From a virus (lineage: Duplodnaviria; Heunggongvirae; Uroviricota; Caudoviricetes): a DNA stretch of 23,166 nucleotides. A program made the position numbers and the translations under genes. The DNA is taken from positions 1-23,166 of the IMG/VR virus record IMGVR_UViG_2565956631_000014. One strand, given 5' to 3'. The notes beneath the pieces were generated by a model. It saw only the letters and a list, made by a program, of their open reading frames with translations. It was not told the DNA's origin and searched no databases. Each line of letters begins with the position of its first letter. Position 1 is the first letter of the stretch. Shown in pieces: positions 1-9,893 of the stretch.

Positions 1-531
1 ATGAAGTACCCAACAGTTATTGTCAATGGTGTGTCCGTTCGTGTTGATGAGGATGGACGCTACAACTTAAACGATCTCCATGCAGCAGCAGTTGCAAATG
101 GAGAGGCTACAGAGCAACAGCGCCCAAGCCAGTTTTTGCGTAGCGCGCAGATAAAACGCTTCATAAAAGCACTGGAGGCCAAAGTGCAAAAAAGCACTTT
201 GGAACAAATTCAACCACTTAAAATAATCAAAGGTGGTGCAGAACCAGGTGTGTGGGGTGTTGAACTTCTGGCAATCAGATATGCAGCATGGATTAAGCCG
301 GAATTTGAAATCGAAGTTTATGAAGTTTTCAAAACGGTTGTCCGTCTCGGCGTTGGCGCAATGTCCCGTCTGAATAGAATCGATCACATCATCAATACTG
401 AAACCAAAGCGATAAGCCAGTGCGCAAGCCAAATGGCTAAGTGGGGCGTTGGTGGGCGAAAAAGATTGCTTCATGTTGCACGTGAGAGAGTGGCAAATGA
501 AGTGCAAATGTATTTGCCCGGAATGGTGTGA
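1..531 (+). CDS. KilA-N domain protein (putative DNA-binding/regulatory protein)
   Basis: 176-aa ORF starting at window base 1, so the true start cannot be confirmed. Motifs typical of the KilA-N/APSES fold: YNLNDLH, RPSQFLRS, GVWGVELLAIRYAAWIKPEF. Lies upstream of the terminase genes. Confidence 0.7.
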   Translation: MKYPTVIVNGVSVRVDEDGRYNLNDLHAAAVANGEATEQQRPSQFLRSAQIKRFIKALEAKVQKSTLEQIQPLKIIKGGAEPGVWGVELLAIRYAAWIKPEFEIEVYEVFKTVVRLGVGAMSRLNRIDHIINTETKAISQCASQMAKWGVGGRKRLLHVARERVANEVQMYLPGMV

Positions 532-893
532 TTTCGCAGGTTAATCCAGTTTTTGCATTACGGCAGTACAGCGAAACAACCCAAGCCAGTAAGTGGGGAA
601 ATAACACTGGCAGCCACTGAAAGATGAACCTCCTGCCTTATGGCAAAAAAGATTCTTTGTGGTGGCGGACTGATGGAAAGACATCCTAATTTCAGCCAAA
701 CATTGAAGGAGTTGTTATGTCAGCAGAAGGTTTCAATAACCCATCAAAATTCCGGGATGAGTGGGATAGCAGCGTAAAGAGTAAGTGATGCCATCACAAA
801 AGCCATTCCCTACAGAGTGGCTTTGATAATGGCTTATACCCTACACGGGATAACTTAACTGATATCCCTTTTAACGGATAAACGGAGCCAACA

Positions 894-1136
894 ATGGCAG
901 AGATTATTCCCATGACTGAAGAACAGAAATTCAAGTTAGAGATTTACAAACTGGTCATGAACCAGAACGCAGCCGCAGAAGAAGCATTTCAATTCATTGG
1001 CACTGACGAACTGAAGCTTGAGCTATTCAAAATTCACTTCCAGTCAGGCGGCGCTAATTCGGATATCACGATCCGCACACTTGAAGCGGTGCGTAAATCG
1101 AAGGAAGCGTTAGACCTGTTCACCACCGGAGTGTAA
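894..1136 (+). CDS. hypothetical small phage protein (80 aa)
   Basis: ORF with GGAG Shine-Dalgarno about 8 nt upstream of ATG 894; same strand and tight spacing with neighbouring phage genes. No recognisable motif. Confidence 0.45.
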   Translation: MAEIIPMTEEQKFKLEIYKLVMNQNAAAEEAFQFIGTDELKLELFKIHFQSGGANSDITIRTLEAVRKSKEALDLFTTGV

Positions 1137-1139
1137 GAG

Positions 1140-1427
1140 ATGACTGAACAAGAAATGCCGAGATACCAGTGCCACAAAAAAGTTCGCGCCCTGAAGATTG
1201 GCTCTATAGAACATAAGCCAAACCCAGATCAGTCTGGTAAGACTGGCTCTTCTAGTTATGGGGCAATTATTCATCCGGATGATAAGAAATACGCAGCATT
1301 TGATGTTAGCGCGGAATATATCTGTAAGCACCTACCAATGCCTGGAGGCTATTACGTTGTCTATGAGGATGGATATGAATCATATTCTCCTGCTGAGGTA
1401 TTTGAGTCTGGATGTTCAAAATTATAG
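1140..1427 (+). CDS. hypothetical phage protein (95 aa)
   Basis: ORF starting 4 nt after the previous stop (translationally coupled); codon usage like neighbours. No recognisable domain. Confidence 0.5.
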   Translation: MTEQEMPRYQCHKKVRALKIGSIEHKPNPDQSGKTGSSSYGAIIHPDDKKYAAFDVSAEYICKHLPMPGGYYVVYEDGYESYSPAEVFESGCSKL

Positions 1428-1436
1428 GAATCCTCT

Positions 1437-1616
1437 ATGACAAGCGTCGTTGATCTTGGTAAGGAGAAGAAATTCCCAATTACTCAAGAGCTATACGAGA
1501 GGCTGGAAAGCGTCATTCATGATTACGATGGTGAAATCAGTTTATGCGAGGCGATTGGCACACTTGAATTGCTGAAGCAGTCACTGATTGAAAGCGCGAA
1601 AGAGTCCTTAACCTGA
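1437..1616 (+). CDS. hypothetical small protein (59 aa)
   Basis: Not in the ORF track (under 60 aa). Read by hand: ATG 1437 preceded by AGGAA, open to TGA 1614..1616, fills the gap before the small terminase gene. Confidence 0.3.
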   Translation: MTSVVDLGKEKKFPITQELYERLESVIHDYDGEISLCEAIGTLELLKQSLIESAKESLT

Positions 1617-1639
1617 AATAACAACTAAGTGAGATGAAT

Positions 1640-2062
1640 ATGGCGACTGAACCAAAAGCTGGTCGCCCCTCTGATTATATGCCGGAGGTGGCTGACGATA
1701 TCTGCTCGTTGCTTTCTTCTGGCGAAAGTTTGCTGAAAGTATGTAAGCGTCCTGGTATGCCGGATAAGTCCACTGTTTTCCGCTGGTTGGCAAAGCATGA
1801 GGATTTTCGCGACAAGTACGCGAAGGCAACTGAGGCACGAGCTGATTCTATTTTCGAAGAGATATTCGAAATTGCTGACAATGCGATTCCAGATGCTGCT
1901 GAGGTGGCAAAGGCAAGACTTCGCGTTGATACCCGCAAATGGGCGCTGGCCCGAATGAATCCCCGTAAGTATGGCGACAAGGTAACTAACGAGCTTGTCG
2001 GTAAGGACGGCGGCGCAATCCAGATTGAAACATCACCGATGAGCACTCTATTCGGAAAATGA
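1640..2062 (+). CDS. terminase small subunit (Sf6 gp1-type)
   Basis: 140 aa from ATG 1640 (track ORF begins two codons earlier at 1634). Stop overlaps the large-terminase start as ATGA. Sequence (GRPSDYMPEVADDI, KARLRVDTRKWALARMNPRKYGDK) matches my recollection of the Sf6 small terminase; sits immediately 5' of TerL. Confidence 0.75.
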   Translation: MATEPKAGRPSDYMPEVADDICSLLSSGESLLKVCKRPGMPDKSTVFRWLAKHEDFRDKYAKATEARADSIFEEIFEIADNAIPDAAEVAKARLRVDTRKWALARMNPRKYGDKVTNELVGKDGGAIQIETSPMSTLFGK

Positions 2063-3471
2063 CCTCGATTAATCCTATCTTTGAACCGTTCATTGAGGCG
2101 CATCGCTACAAAGTCGCCAAAGGCGGTCGAGGTAGCGGTAAGTCATGGGCAATTGCGAGGCTGCTTGTTGAAGCGGCGCGTCGGCAGCCTGTGCGTATTC
2201 TCTGCGCTCGTGAACTGCAAAACAGTATCAGCGATTCGGTAATCCGGTTGCTTGAAGATACCATCGAGCGTGAAGGGTATTCGGCTGAGTTTGAAATTCA
2301 GCGTTCAATGATTCGTCATCTCGGATCGAATGCTGAGTTCATGTTCTACGGCATCAAAAACAACCCGACGAAGATTAAATCGCTCGAAGGCATTGATATC
2401 TGCTGGGTGGAAGAAGCGGAAGCGGTAACGAAGGAATCATGGGATATCCTGATACCAACCATCCGTAAGCCGTTCTCTGAAATATGGGTGAGCTTTAACC
2501 CGAAAAACATCCTCGACGATACCTATCAGCGATTCGTCGTAAACCCTCCTGATGATATTTGTCTGCTGACGGTGAACTACACCGACAACCCGCACTTTCC
2601 TGAAGTTCTCCGTCTGGAGATGGAAGAGTGTAAACGCAGAAATCCGACCCTGTATCGTCACATCTGGCTTGGTGAGCCAGTGAGCGCAAGTGATATGGCA
2701 ATCATCAAACGTGAATGGCTTGAAGCTGCTACCGATGCGCACAAGAAACTCGGATGGAAAGCGAAAGGCGCGGTTGTTTCTGCGCATGACCCATCAGACA
2801 CAGGGCCAGATGCTAAAGGTTACGCATCGCGTCACGGTTCGGTAGTTAAGCGCATTGCCGAAGGCCTGCTGATGGACATCAACGAGGGCGCTGACTGGGC
2901 TACTTCTCTGGCGATTGAAGACGGCGCTGACCACTACTTGTGGGATGGTGATGGTGTTGGTGCAGGTCTACGCAGACAGACAACGGAAGCGTTCTCCGGT
3001 AAGAAAATCACCGCCACGATGTTCAAGGGCAGCGAATCGCCATTCGATGAGGATGCGCCTTATCAGGCCGGAGCATGGGCTGATGAAGTCGTGCAGGGCG
3101 ACAACGTTCGCACTATTGGCGATGTATTCCGCAATAAGCGAGCGCAATTCTATTACGCGCTGGCTGACAGGCTGTATCTGACATATCGGGCGGTTGTTCA
3201 CGGTGAGTATGCAGACCCCGACGACATGCTGAGTTTCGACAAAGAAGCGATAGGCGAGAAGATGCTGGAGAAGCTGTTTGCAGAACTGACGCAGATTCAG
3301 CGCAAATTCAATAACAACGGGAAGCTTGAGCTAATGACTAAGGTCGAAATGAAGCAGAAGCTCGGTATTCCATCTCCTAACCTGGCTGATGCGTTGATGA
3401 TGTGTATGCATTGCCCGGCATTGGCCCGCGAAGAAACAGAAATATACGTTCCCTCATCCTCCGGTTGGTAA
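2059..3471 (+). CDS. terminase large subunit (ATPase/nuclease)
   Basis: 470 aa; N-terminal Walker A-like KGGRGSGKS; located between small terminase and portal; length equals Sf6 gp2 as I recall it. Confidence 0.9.
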   Translation: MTSINPIFEPFIEAHRYKVAKGGRGSGKSWAIARLLVEAARRQPVRILCARELQNSISDSVIRLLEDTIEREGYSAEFEIQRSMIRHLGSNAEFMFYGIKNNPTKIKSLEGIDICWVEEAEAVTKESWDILIPTIRKPFSEIWVSFNPKNILDDTYQRFVVNPPDDICLLTVNYTDNPHFPEVLRLEMEECKRRNPTLYRHIWLGEPVSASDMAIIKREWLEAATDAHKKLGWKAKGAVVSAHDPSDTGPDAKGYASRHGSVVKRIAEGLLMDINEGADWATSLAIEDGADHYLWDGDGVGAGLRRQTTEAFSGKKITATMFKGSESPFDEDAPYQAGAWADEVVQGDNVRTIGDVFRNKRAQFYYALADRLYLTYRAVVHGEYADPDDMLSFDKEAIGEKMLEKLFAELTQIQRKFNNNGKLELMTKVEMKQKLGIPSPNLADALMMCMHCPALAREETEIYVPSSSGW

Positions 3472-3473
3472 AC

Positions 3474-5600
3474 ATGGCAGAGACATTAGAGAAAAAACAT
3501 GAGCGGATCATGCTCAGGTTTGACCGCGCCTATTCTCCACAGCAGGAAGTGCGCGAAAAGTGCATTGAAGCTACGAGGTTTGCTCGTGTCCCCGGAGGTC
3601 AATGGGAAGGAGCAACGGCGGCTGGAACTAAGCTTGATGAGCAGTTCGAGAAGTATCCTAAGTTTGAAATCAATAAGGTAGCAACTGAACTTAACCGCAT
3701 CATTGCAGAATACCGCAATAACAGAATCACCGTTAAGTTTCGTCCTGGTGACAGAGAGGCAAGCGAAGAGTTAGCCAATAAATTAAATGGTCTGTTCCGT
3801 GCTGACTACGAAGAAACTGATGGCGGTGAGGCTTGCGATAATGCATTTGACGACGCTGCTACTGGTGGTTTCGGTTGCTTCCGTTTGACGTCGATGCTGG
3901 TCAATGAATACGACCCCATGGACGATCGTCAGCGTATTGCTATTGAACCGATATACGACCCGTCGCGCTCTGTGTGGTTTGACCCTGACGCTAAGAAATA
4001 CGACAAATCTGACGCGTTGTGGGCGTTCTGCATGTATTCGTTGTCACCTGAAAAATATGAGGCTGAATACGGAAAGAAACCTCCTGCTTCTCTGGACGTA
4101 ACGTCTATGACCAGTTGGGAATATGACTGGTTTGATGCAGATGTTATTTACATAGCGAAGTATTACGAAGTTCGTAAAGAGTCTGTTGATGTTATCAGTT
4201 ATCGACATCCAATCACTGGAGAGATTGCAACATACGACAGTGATCAGGTCGAAGATATTGAAGATGAACTGGCAATAGCTGGATTTCAGGAAGTTGCAAG
4301 GCGCTCAGTGAAGCGCCGTCGTGTGTATGTATCAGTAGTGGATGGTGATGGTTTCCTTGAGAAACCTCGACGTATTCCTGGTGAGCATATCCCCCTCATC
4401 CCGGTTTATGGAAAACGCTGGTTCATTGATGACATTGAGCGTGTCGAAGGGCACATTGCAAAAGCAATGGATCCACAGCGTTTGTACAACCTTCAGGTTT
4501 CAATGCTGGCTGATACTGCAGCACAAGACCCCGGTCAGATCCCTATAGTTGGCATGGAGCAAATTCGTGGACTTGAGAAGCACTGGGAGGCTCGCAACAA
4601 GAAACGCCCAGCGTTCTTGCCGTTGCGCGAAGTGAGAGATAAATCTGGCAACATTATCGCTGGAGCTACCCCGGCAGGATATACACAGCCTGCGGTTATG
4701 AATCAGGCATTGGCTGCATTACTACAGCAAACCAGTGCTGATATTCAGGAGGTTACAGGCGGCAGTCAGGCCATGCAGCAGATGCCAAGTAATATTGCTC
4801 AGGAAACGGTTAACAACTTGATGAACAGAGCAGATATGGCTTCGTTTATCTATCTGGACAATATGGCGAAAAGTCTTAAACGCGCTGGTGAAGTATGGCT
4901 GTCAATGGCGCGTGAAGTGTACGGTTCAGAACGTGAAGTGCGCATCGTTAACGAAGATGGAAGTGATGATATCGCTGTCCTGAGCGCACAGGTTGTTGAC
5001 AGGCAAACAGGGGCTGTTGTTGCGTTAAATGACCTTTCTGTCGGTCGATACGATGTGACGGTTGATGTTGGACCAAGCTACACAGCACGACGTGATGCAA
5101 CGGTTTCTGTACTGACAAATGTCCTTAGCTCTATGCTTCCAACAGACCCAATGCGCCCGGCAATTCAGGGTATTATTCTGGACAATATCGATGGCGAAGG
5201 CCTTGATGACTTCAAAGAGTACAACCGAAACCAACTGCTGATATCTGGTATTGCAAAACCACGCAATGAGAAAGAGCAGCAGATTGTTCAACAGGCGCAA
5301 ATGGCAGCACAAAGCCAGCCAAATCCTGAAATGGTTCTCGCTCAGGCGCAAATGGTAGCAGCGCAGGCAGAAGCGCAAAAAGCAACTAACGAAACTGCTC
5401 AAACTCAAATCAAAGCATTTACTGCCCAGCAGGATGCGATGGAGAGTCAGGCAAACACTGTCTATAAACTGGCTCAAGCCAGAAACATCGATGACAAAGC
5501 AGTGATGGAGGCAATACGCCTTCTGAAAGATGTCGCCGAGTCACAACAACAGCAATTCCAGTCACCACCACAGTCACCGGCAGACTTAATGCCGAGTTAA
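3474..5600 (+). CDS. portal protein (P22 gp1 family)
   Basis: 708 aa from ATG 3474, directly after the TerL stop; the track ORF extends to 3402 only as an in-frame read-through overlapping TerL. Core similarity to P22 gp1 (KRRRVYVSVV, IPGEHIPLIPVYG) and a long Q/A-rich C-terminal helical barrel. Confidence 0.9.
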   Translation: MAETLEKKHERIMLRFDRAYSPQQEVREKCIEATRFARVPGGQWEGATAAGTKLDEQFEKYPKFEINKVATELNRIIAEYRNNRITVKFRPGDREASEELANKLNGLFRADYEETDGGEACDNAFDDAATGGFGCFRLTSMLVNEYDPMDDRQRIAIEPIYDPSRSVWFDPDAKKYDKSDALWAFCMYSLSPEKYEAEYGKKPPASLDVTSMTSWEYDWFDADVIYIAKYYEVRKESVDVISYRHPITGEIATYDSDQVEDIEDELAIAGFQEVARRSVKRRRVYVSVVDGDGFLEKPRRIPGEHIPLIPVYGKRWFIDDIERVEGHIAKAMDPQRLYNLQVSMLADTAAQDPGQIPIVGMEQIRGLEKHWEARNKKRPAFLPLREVRDKSGNIIAGATPAGYTQPAVMNQALAALLQQTSADIQEVTGGSQAMQQMPSNIAQETVNNLMNRADMASFIYLDNMAKSLKRAGEVWLSMAREVYGSEREVRIVNEDGSDDIAVLSAQVVDRQTGAVVALNDLSVGRYDVTVDVGPSYTARRDATVSVLTNVLSSMLPTDPMRPAIQGIILDNIDGEGLDDFKEYNRNQLLISGIAKPRNEKEQQIVQQAQMAAQSQPNPEMVLAQAQMVAAQAEAQKATNETAQTQIKAFTAQQDAMESQANTVYKLAQARNIDDKAVMEAIRLLKDVAESQQQQFQSPPQSPADLMPS

Positions 5601-5613
5601 CCAGGAGTAATCA

Positions 5614-6498
5614 ATGGAAAACGAACTGATCATCGACGGTCAGGTTATTGACCTGTCTGAAACACAGGAAAATGCAGAAGAAACCATCATCCAAACAGAG
5701 TCACAGCCTGAGAATGAAAGCCAGGATGACAACGGTAAAGAGGTGGAAACTGAGCCTGAAAAAACCGAAGAGACACCAGAAGATTACGCCTTGCGTATTG
5801 GTGATGAAGAAATTCAGCTTAACGCTGACGATGATGATCACATTGACGGGCAACCTGCACCGCAATGGGTGAAAGATCTTCGCAAAGGCTTCAAAGAAAC
5901 ACAGAAAGAAAACCGTGAGTTGCGCCGCCAGCTTGAGGAAGCATTAGCCAAGCCAGCGGAACGTCAGCAACCACAACCAGACGCTATTCCACCAAAACCG
6001 ACTCTTGAGTCGTGTGATTATGACGAACAGGCGTTTGAACAGGCATTGACTGATTGGCATGAGAAAAAAGGCCGTGTCGAACAGCAGCAGCAACAAAAAC
6101 TACGTCAGCAACAGGAATACCAACAGCGTTTCCAGCAAAGGGTAGAAGCGCATAAACAACGGGCAGCCAAACTTCCTGTGAAAGATTATCAGGAAATGGA
6201 AGCCATTGTTCTTAGTGAGCTACCACCAATTCAGCAGGAAATCATCATTCACTGTGCAGACGAAGGCTCTGAACTACTCGCCTATGGCTTAGGTAAGAGC
6301 CAGCAATTACGCCAGCGTGTAGCCGCTGAGACAGATCCAATTCGCGCAGCATTCCTCTTGGGGCAGATTAGCAAACAGGTAAGCCTTGCTCCAAAACCAA
6401 AGAAAGCCATCAAGCCAGAGCCGGAAGTACGTGGTGGCGGTGCTGATGCGAAACAAGACGAATTCAACAAATTATGCCCCGGCGCAAAAATCGAATAA
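5614..6498 (+). CDS. scaffolding protein
   Basis: 294 aa, highly acidic N-terminus, Q/R-rich helical middle; position between portal and coat as in P22 (gp8) and Sf6 (gp4); GGAG SD upstream. Confidence 0.8.
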   Translation: MENELIIDGQVIDLSETQENAEETIIQTESQPENESQDDNGKEVETEPEKTEETPEDYALRIGDEEIQLNADDDDHIDGQPAPQWVKDLRKGFKETQKENRELRRQLEEALAKPAERQQPQPDAIPPKPTLESCDYDEQAFEQALTDWHEKKGRVEQQQQQKLRQQQEYQQRFQQRVEAHKQRAAKLPVKDYQEMEAIVLSELPPIQQEIIIHCADEGSELLAYGLGKSQQLRQRVAAETDPIRAAFLLGQISKQVSLAPKPKKAIKPEPEVRGGGADAKQDEFNKLCPGAKIE

Positions 6499-6509
6499 GG
6501 AAAAGATAA

Positions 6510-7781
6510 ATGGCTAACAATCTCGACAGTAACGTCAGTCAAATCGTTCTGAAAAAATTCCTTCCGGGTTTTATGTCAGATTTAGTTCTGGCGAAAACCG
6601 TAGACCGTCAGTTGCTGGCAGGTGAAATCAACTCCAGCACTGGCGATAGCGTTAGCTTTAAACGTCCGCATCAATTCTCATCCCTCCGTACTCCCACTGG
6701 TGATATTTCAGGGCAAAATAAAAACAACCTGATCTCAGGTAAAGCTACGGGGCGTGTAGGTAACTACATCACTGTTGCTGTTGAATATCAGCAACTGGAG
6801 GAAGCGATCAAGCTTAACCAGCTGGAAGAAATTCTCGCGCCGGTTCGCCAGCGAATCGTTACCGACCTTGAAACAGAGCTTGCTCACTTCATGATGAATA
6901 ACGGTGCGTTGTCACTTGGTAGCCCCAATACTCCAATCACCAAATGGTCTGATGTTGCGCAGACGGCATCTTTCCTGAAAGACCTCGGCGTTAATGAAGG
7001 TGAAAACTATGCTGTAATGGATCCATGGTCTGCACAGCGACTTGCTGATGCGCAGACTGGTTTGCATGCTTCAGATCAATTGGTTCGTACTGCATGGGAG
7101 AACGCACAGATCCCAACCAATTTTGGCGGCATTCGCGCACTGATGTCTAATGGGCTTGCCTCTCGTACGCAGGGGGCATTTGGCGGAACACTGACAGTCA
7201 AAACACAGCCAACTGTTACCTATAACGCAGTTAAAGACTCATACCAGTTCACTGTAACATTGACCGGAGCGACAGCCAGCGTTACAGGTTTTCTGAAAGC
7301 TGGTGATCAGGTCAAATTCACCAATACCTACTGGCTGCAACAGCAGACCAAACAGGCGTTGTATAACGGAGCCACACCAATTAGCTTCACTGCAACGGTT
7401 ACTGCTGATGCTAATTCAGACAGCAGTGGCGATGTGACGGTTACGCTTTCTGGTGTTCCGATTTATGACACTACAAACCCGCAGTACAACTCTGTAAGTC
7501 GTCAGGTAGAGGCAGGCGATGCCGTATCTGTAGTAGGCACTGCTAGCCAGACAATGAAGCCAAACCTGTTCTATAACAAGTTCTTCTGTGGACTTGGCTC
7601 TATCCCACTGCCGAAACTGCACAGTATTGATTCTGCTGTTGCAACATATGAAGGTTTCTCCATCCGCGTACATAAATACGCAGATGGCGATGCCAACGTG
7701 CAAAAAATGCGCTTCGACTTACTGCCTGCATATGTGTGCTTTAACCCTCACATGGGCGGTCAGTTCTTCGGTAATCCGTAA
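6510..7781 (+). CDS. major capsid (coat) protein, P22/Sf6 type
   Basis: 423 aa, position after scaffold, followed by a stem-loop terminator; length matches the Sf6 coat protein as I recall it. Confidence 0.85.
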   Translation: MANNLDSNVSQIVLKKFLPGFMSDLVLAKTVDRQLLAGEINSSTGDSVSFKRPHQFSSLRTPTGDISGQNKNNLISGKATGRVGNYITVAVEYQQLEEAIKLNQLEEILAPVRQRIVTDLETELAHFMMNNGALSLGSPNTPITKWSDVAQTASFLKDLGVNEGENYAVMDPWSAQRLADAQTGLHASDQLVRTAWENAQIPTNFGGIRALMSNGLASRTQGAFGGTLTVKTQPTVTYNAVKDSYQFTVTLTGATASVTGFLKAGDQVKFTNTYWLQQQTKQALYNGATPISFTATVTADANSDSSGDVTVTLSGVPIYDTTNPQYNSVSRQVEAGDAVSVVGTASQTMKPNLFYNKFFCGLGSIPLPKLHSIDSAVATYEGFSIRVHKYADGDANVQKMRFDLLPAYVCFNPHMGGQFFGNP

Positions 7782-7785
7782 TAAC

Positions 7786-7812
7786 AAGGGGCTTACGCCC
7801 CTTTTATGTTTT
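7786..7812 (+). terminator. Rho-independent terminator (probably partial) downstream of coat gene
   Basis: Seen directly: AAGGGGC-ttac-GCCCCTT hairpin followed by TTATGTTTT, 5 nt after the coat stop codon. Confidence 0.6.
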
Positions 7813-7823
7813 AAGGAAATAAT

Positions 7824-8009
7824 ATGGATCGGATGAGTGTATTCCTTGCCGCAGATAACGAATCCGGGCATGTACAGGCCGTTATCGCAGAAAAAGACTT
7901 CCAGTTTTTCGAAAGGTTGGGCTTTGTTGCCTCAGTTGATGAATTGAAACCGACCAGTAAGCGAGGTCGTAAGGCGGCGGACAATGGCAACAGTACTGAC
8001 AAAGGGTGA
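7824..8009 (+). CDS. hypothetical small protein (61 aa) between coat and head-completion genes
   Basis: AAGGAAA SD 6 nt upstream of ATG 7824; overlaps the next gene by 26 nt in another frame. Confidence 0.45.
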   Translation: MDRMSVFLAADNESGHVQAVIAEKDFQFFERLGFVASVDELKPTSKRGRKAADNGNSTDKG

Positions 8010-8466
8010 GATCGTCCTTTTTGCGCTTCGTAAGTTTGCTATTGCTTCTAATGCATCGCTTACTGATGTTGAGCCGCAATCAATTGAAGATGGTGTAAAT
8101 GATCTGGAAGATATGATGTCCGAGTGGATGATTAACCCCGGCGACATTGGTTACGCTTTCGCAACTGGAGATGAGCAGCCATTACCAGATGATGAGTCAG
8201 GTCTTCCAAGAAAATACAAACACGCAGTAGGCTATCAGTTATTGCTGAGAATGCTATCTGATTACAGCCTTGAACCAACTCCGCAAGTTCTCAGTAACGC
8301 CCAACGCTCATATGATGCCTTGATGACCGACACTCTGGTTGTTCCTGCAATGCGACGACGTGGAGATTTTCCTGTAGGGCAGGGTAATAAATATGACGTG
8401 TTCACATCTGACCGATATTATCCAGGCGATCTCCCTCTGATTGATGGCGATATCCCAAACGCATAG
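7984..8466 (+). CDS. head completion / portal-binding tail adaptor protein (P22 gp4-like)
   Basis: 160 aa; gene order (coat, small ORF, then this) and size match P22 gp4; no catalytic motif needed for the call. Confidence 0.65.
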   Translation: MATVLTKGEIVLFALRKFAIASNASLTDVEPQSIEDGVNDLEDMMSEWMINPGDIGYAFATGDEQPLPDDESGLPRKYKHAVGYQLLLRMLSDYSLEPTPQVLSNAQRSYDALMTDTLVVPAMRRRGDFPVGQGNKYDVFTSDRYYPGDLPLIDGDIPNA

Positions 8467-8474
8467 GTGAATAA

Positions 8475-9893
8475 ATGCCTATTCAGCAACTTCCGCTTAT
8501 GAAAGGTGTCGGAAAAGACTTCCGAAACGCCGACTATATCGACTATCTGCCAGTGAATATGTTGGCTACACCCAAAGAAATCCTCAACAGCAGCGGATAT
8601 CTTCGCTCATTCCCGGGCATTGCCAAACGTTCTGATGTGAACGGTATATCGCGCGGCGTCGAGTACAACATGGCGCAGAGTGCTGTATATCGCGTGTGTG
8701 GGGGCAAGCTGTATAAGGGCGAAAGCGAAGTCGGTGACGTCGCCGGAAGTGGCCGCGTATCAATGGCGCATGGTCGAACATCTCAGGCTGTAGGCGTTAA
8801 TGGTCAACTGGTCGAGTATCGCTATGATGGCACGGTTAAAACCGTATCAAACTGGCCTACAGACAGCGGTTTTACGCAGTATGAGTTAGGTTCGGTTCGT
8901 GACATTACGCGCTTACGTGGGCGTTATGCGTGGTCAAAAGACGGCACGGATTCATGGTTTATCACTGACCTTGAAGACGAATCGCATCCTGACCGATACA
9001 GCGCACAATATCGCGCAGAATCGCAGCCGGACGGCATCATCGGTATCGGGACATGGCGAGACTTCATCGTCTGCTTTGGTTCATCGACGATTGAATATTT
9101 TTCCCTGACAGGTGCAACCACCGTTGGTGCCGCTTTGTATGTCGCACAGCCATCGCTGATGGTGCAGAAAGGTATTGCCGGAACCTACTGCAAAACGCCG
9201 TTTGCTGATTCGTATGCGTTCATCAGCAATCCGGCAACAGGTGCGCCGTCTGTGTACATCATCGGATCCGGTCAGGTATCACCAATCGCCAGCGCGAGCA
9301 TTGAGAAAATCCTTCGTTCCTACACTGCTGATGAACTGGCTGATGGCGTGATGGAATCTCTGAGATTTGATGCTCATGAGTTGCTGATTATCCACCTTCC
9401 GCGTCACGTCCTCGTGTACGACGCATCTTCAAGCGCCAATGGTCCGCAATGGTGTGTGCTGAAAACAGGCCTGTATGACGATGTGTACCGCGCTATCGAC
9501 TTCATTTACGAAGGCAATCAGATAACGTGCGGCGATAAGCTGGAATCCGTGACCGGGAAATTGCAGTTCGATATCAGCAGCCAGTACGACAAGCAACAGG
9601 AACACCTGCTGTTTACTCCACTCTTCAAAGCGGATAACGCCAGAGTTTTCGACCTTGAAGTTGAATCGTCAACTGGCGTTGCGCAGTACGCCGACCGCCT
9701 GTTCCTCTCTGCAACCACTGACGGCATAAATTATGGTCGTGAACAGATGATTGAGCAGAATGAACCGTTCGTTTACGACAAACGCGTTTTGTGGAAGCGA
9801 GTCGGGCGCATCAGGAAAAATGTCGGCTTCAAATTGCGCGTTATCACTAAGTCACCTGTCACTCTGTCTGGCTGCCAGATAAGGATTGAGTAA
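8475..9893 (+). CDS. tail hub protein (P22 gp10-like)
   Basis: 472 aa, the same length as P22 gp10 as I recall it; conserved position before the tail needle gene. Confidence 0.7.
   Translation: MPIQQLPLMKGVGKDFRNADYIDYLPVNMLATPKEILNSSGYLRSFPGIAKRSDVNGISRGVEYNMAQSAVYRVCGGKLYKGESEVGDVAGSGRVSMAHGRTSQAVGVNGQLVEYRYDGTVKTVSNWPTDSGFTQYELGSVRDITRLRGRYAWSKDGTDSWFITDLEDESHPDRYSAQYRAESQPDGIIGIGTWRDFIVCFGSSTIEYFSLTGATTVGAALYVAQPSLMVQKGIAGTYCKTPFADSYAFISNPATGAPSVYIIGSGQVSPIASASIEKILRSYTADELADGVMESLRFDAHELLIIHLPRHVLVYDASSSANGPQWCVLKTGLYDDVYRAIDFIYEGNQITCGDKLESVTGKLQFDISSQYDKQQEHLLFTPLFKADNARVFDLEVESSTGVAQYADRLFLSATTDGINYGREQMIEQNEPFVYDKRVLWKRVGRIRKNVGFKLRVITKSPVTLSGCQIRIE

Noticed and set aside
67-507. 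146-aa minus-strand ORF inside the KilA-N gene
   Set aside because: Fully antisense to a gene with recognisable domain motifs; no RBS; Cys-rich odd composition typical of shadow ORFs.
3402-3473. Upstream extension of the portal ORF (track start 3402)
   Set aside because: Overlaps the end of the large terminase in another frame; the ATG at 3474 sits right after the TerL stop and gives the expected 708-aa portal.
5025-5477. 150-aa minus-strand ORF inside the portal gene (and similar antisense ORFs at 1675..2103, 10789..11166, 12528..12913, 21003..21266)
   Set aside because: All lie wholly within confidently assigned + strand structural genes and have atypical composition; treated as chance ORFs.
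5648-5872. 74-aa basic ORF in an alternative + frame within the scaffold gene
   Set aside because: Frame-shifted read of the acidic scaffold N-terminus; no independent start signals.
6085-6140. CAG/CAA-rich run (poly-Gln) in the scaffold gene
   Set aside because: Low-complexity coding sequence for a Q-rich helix, in frame; not an independent repeat element.
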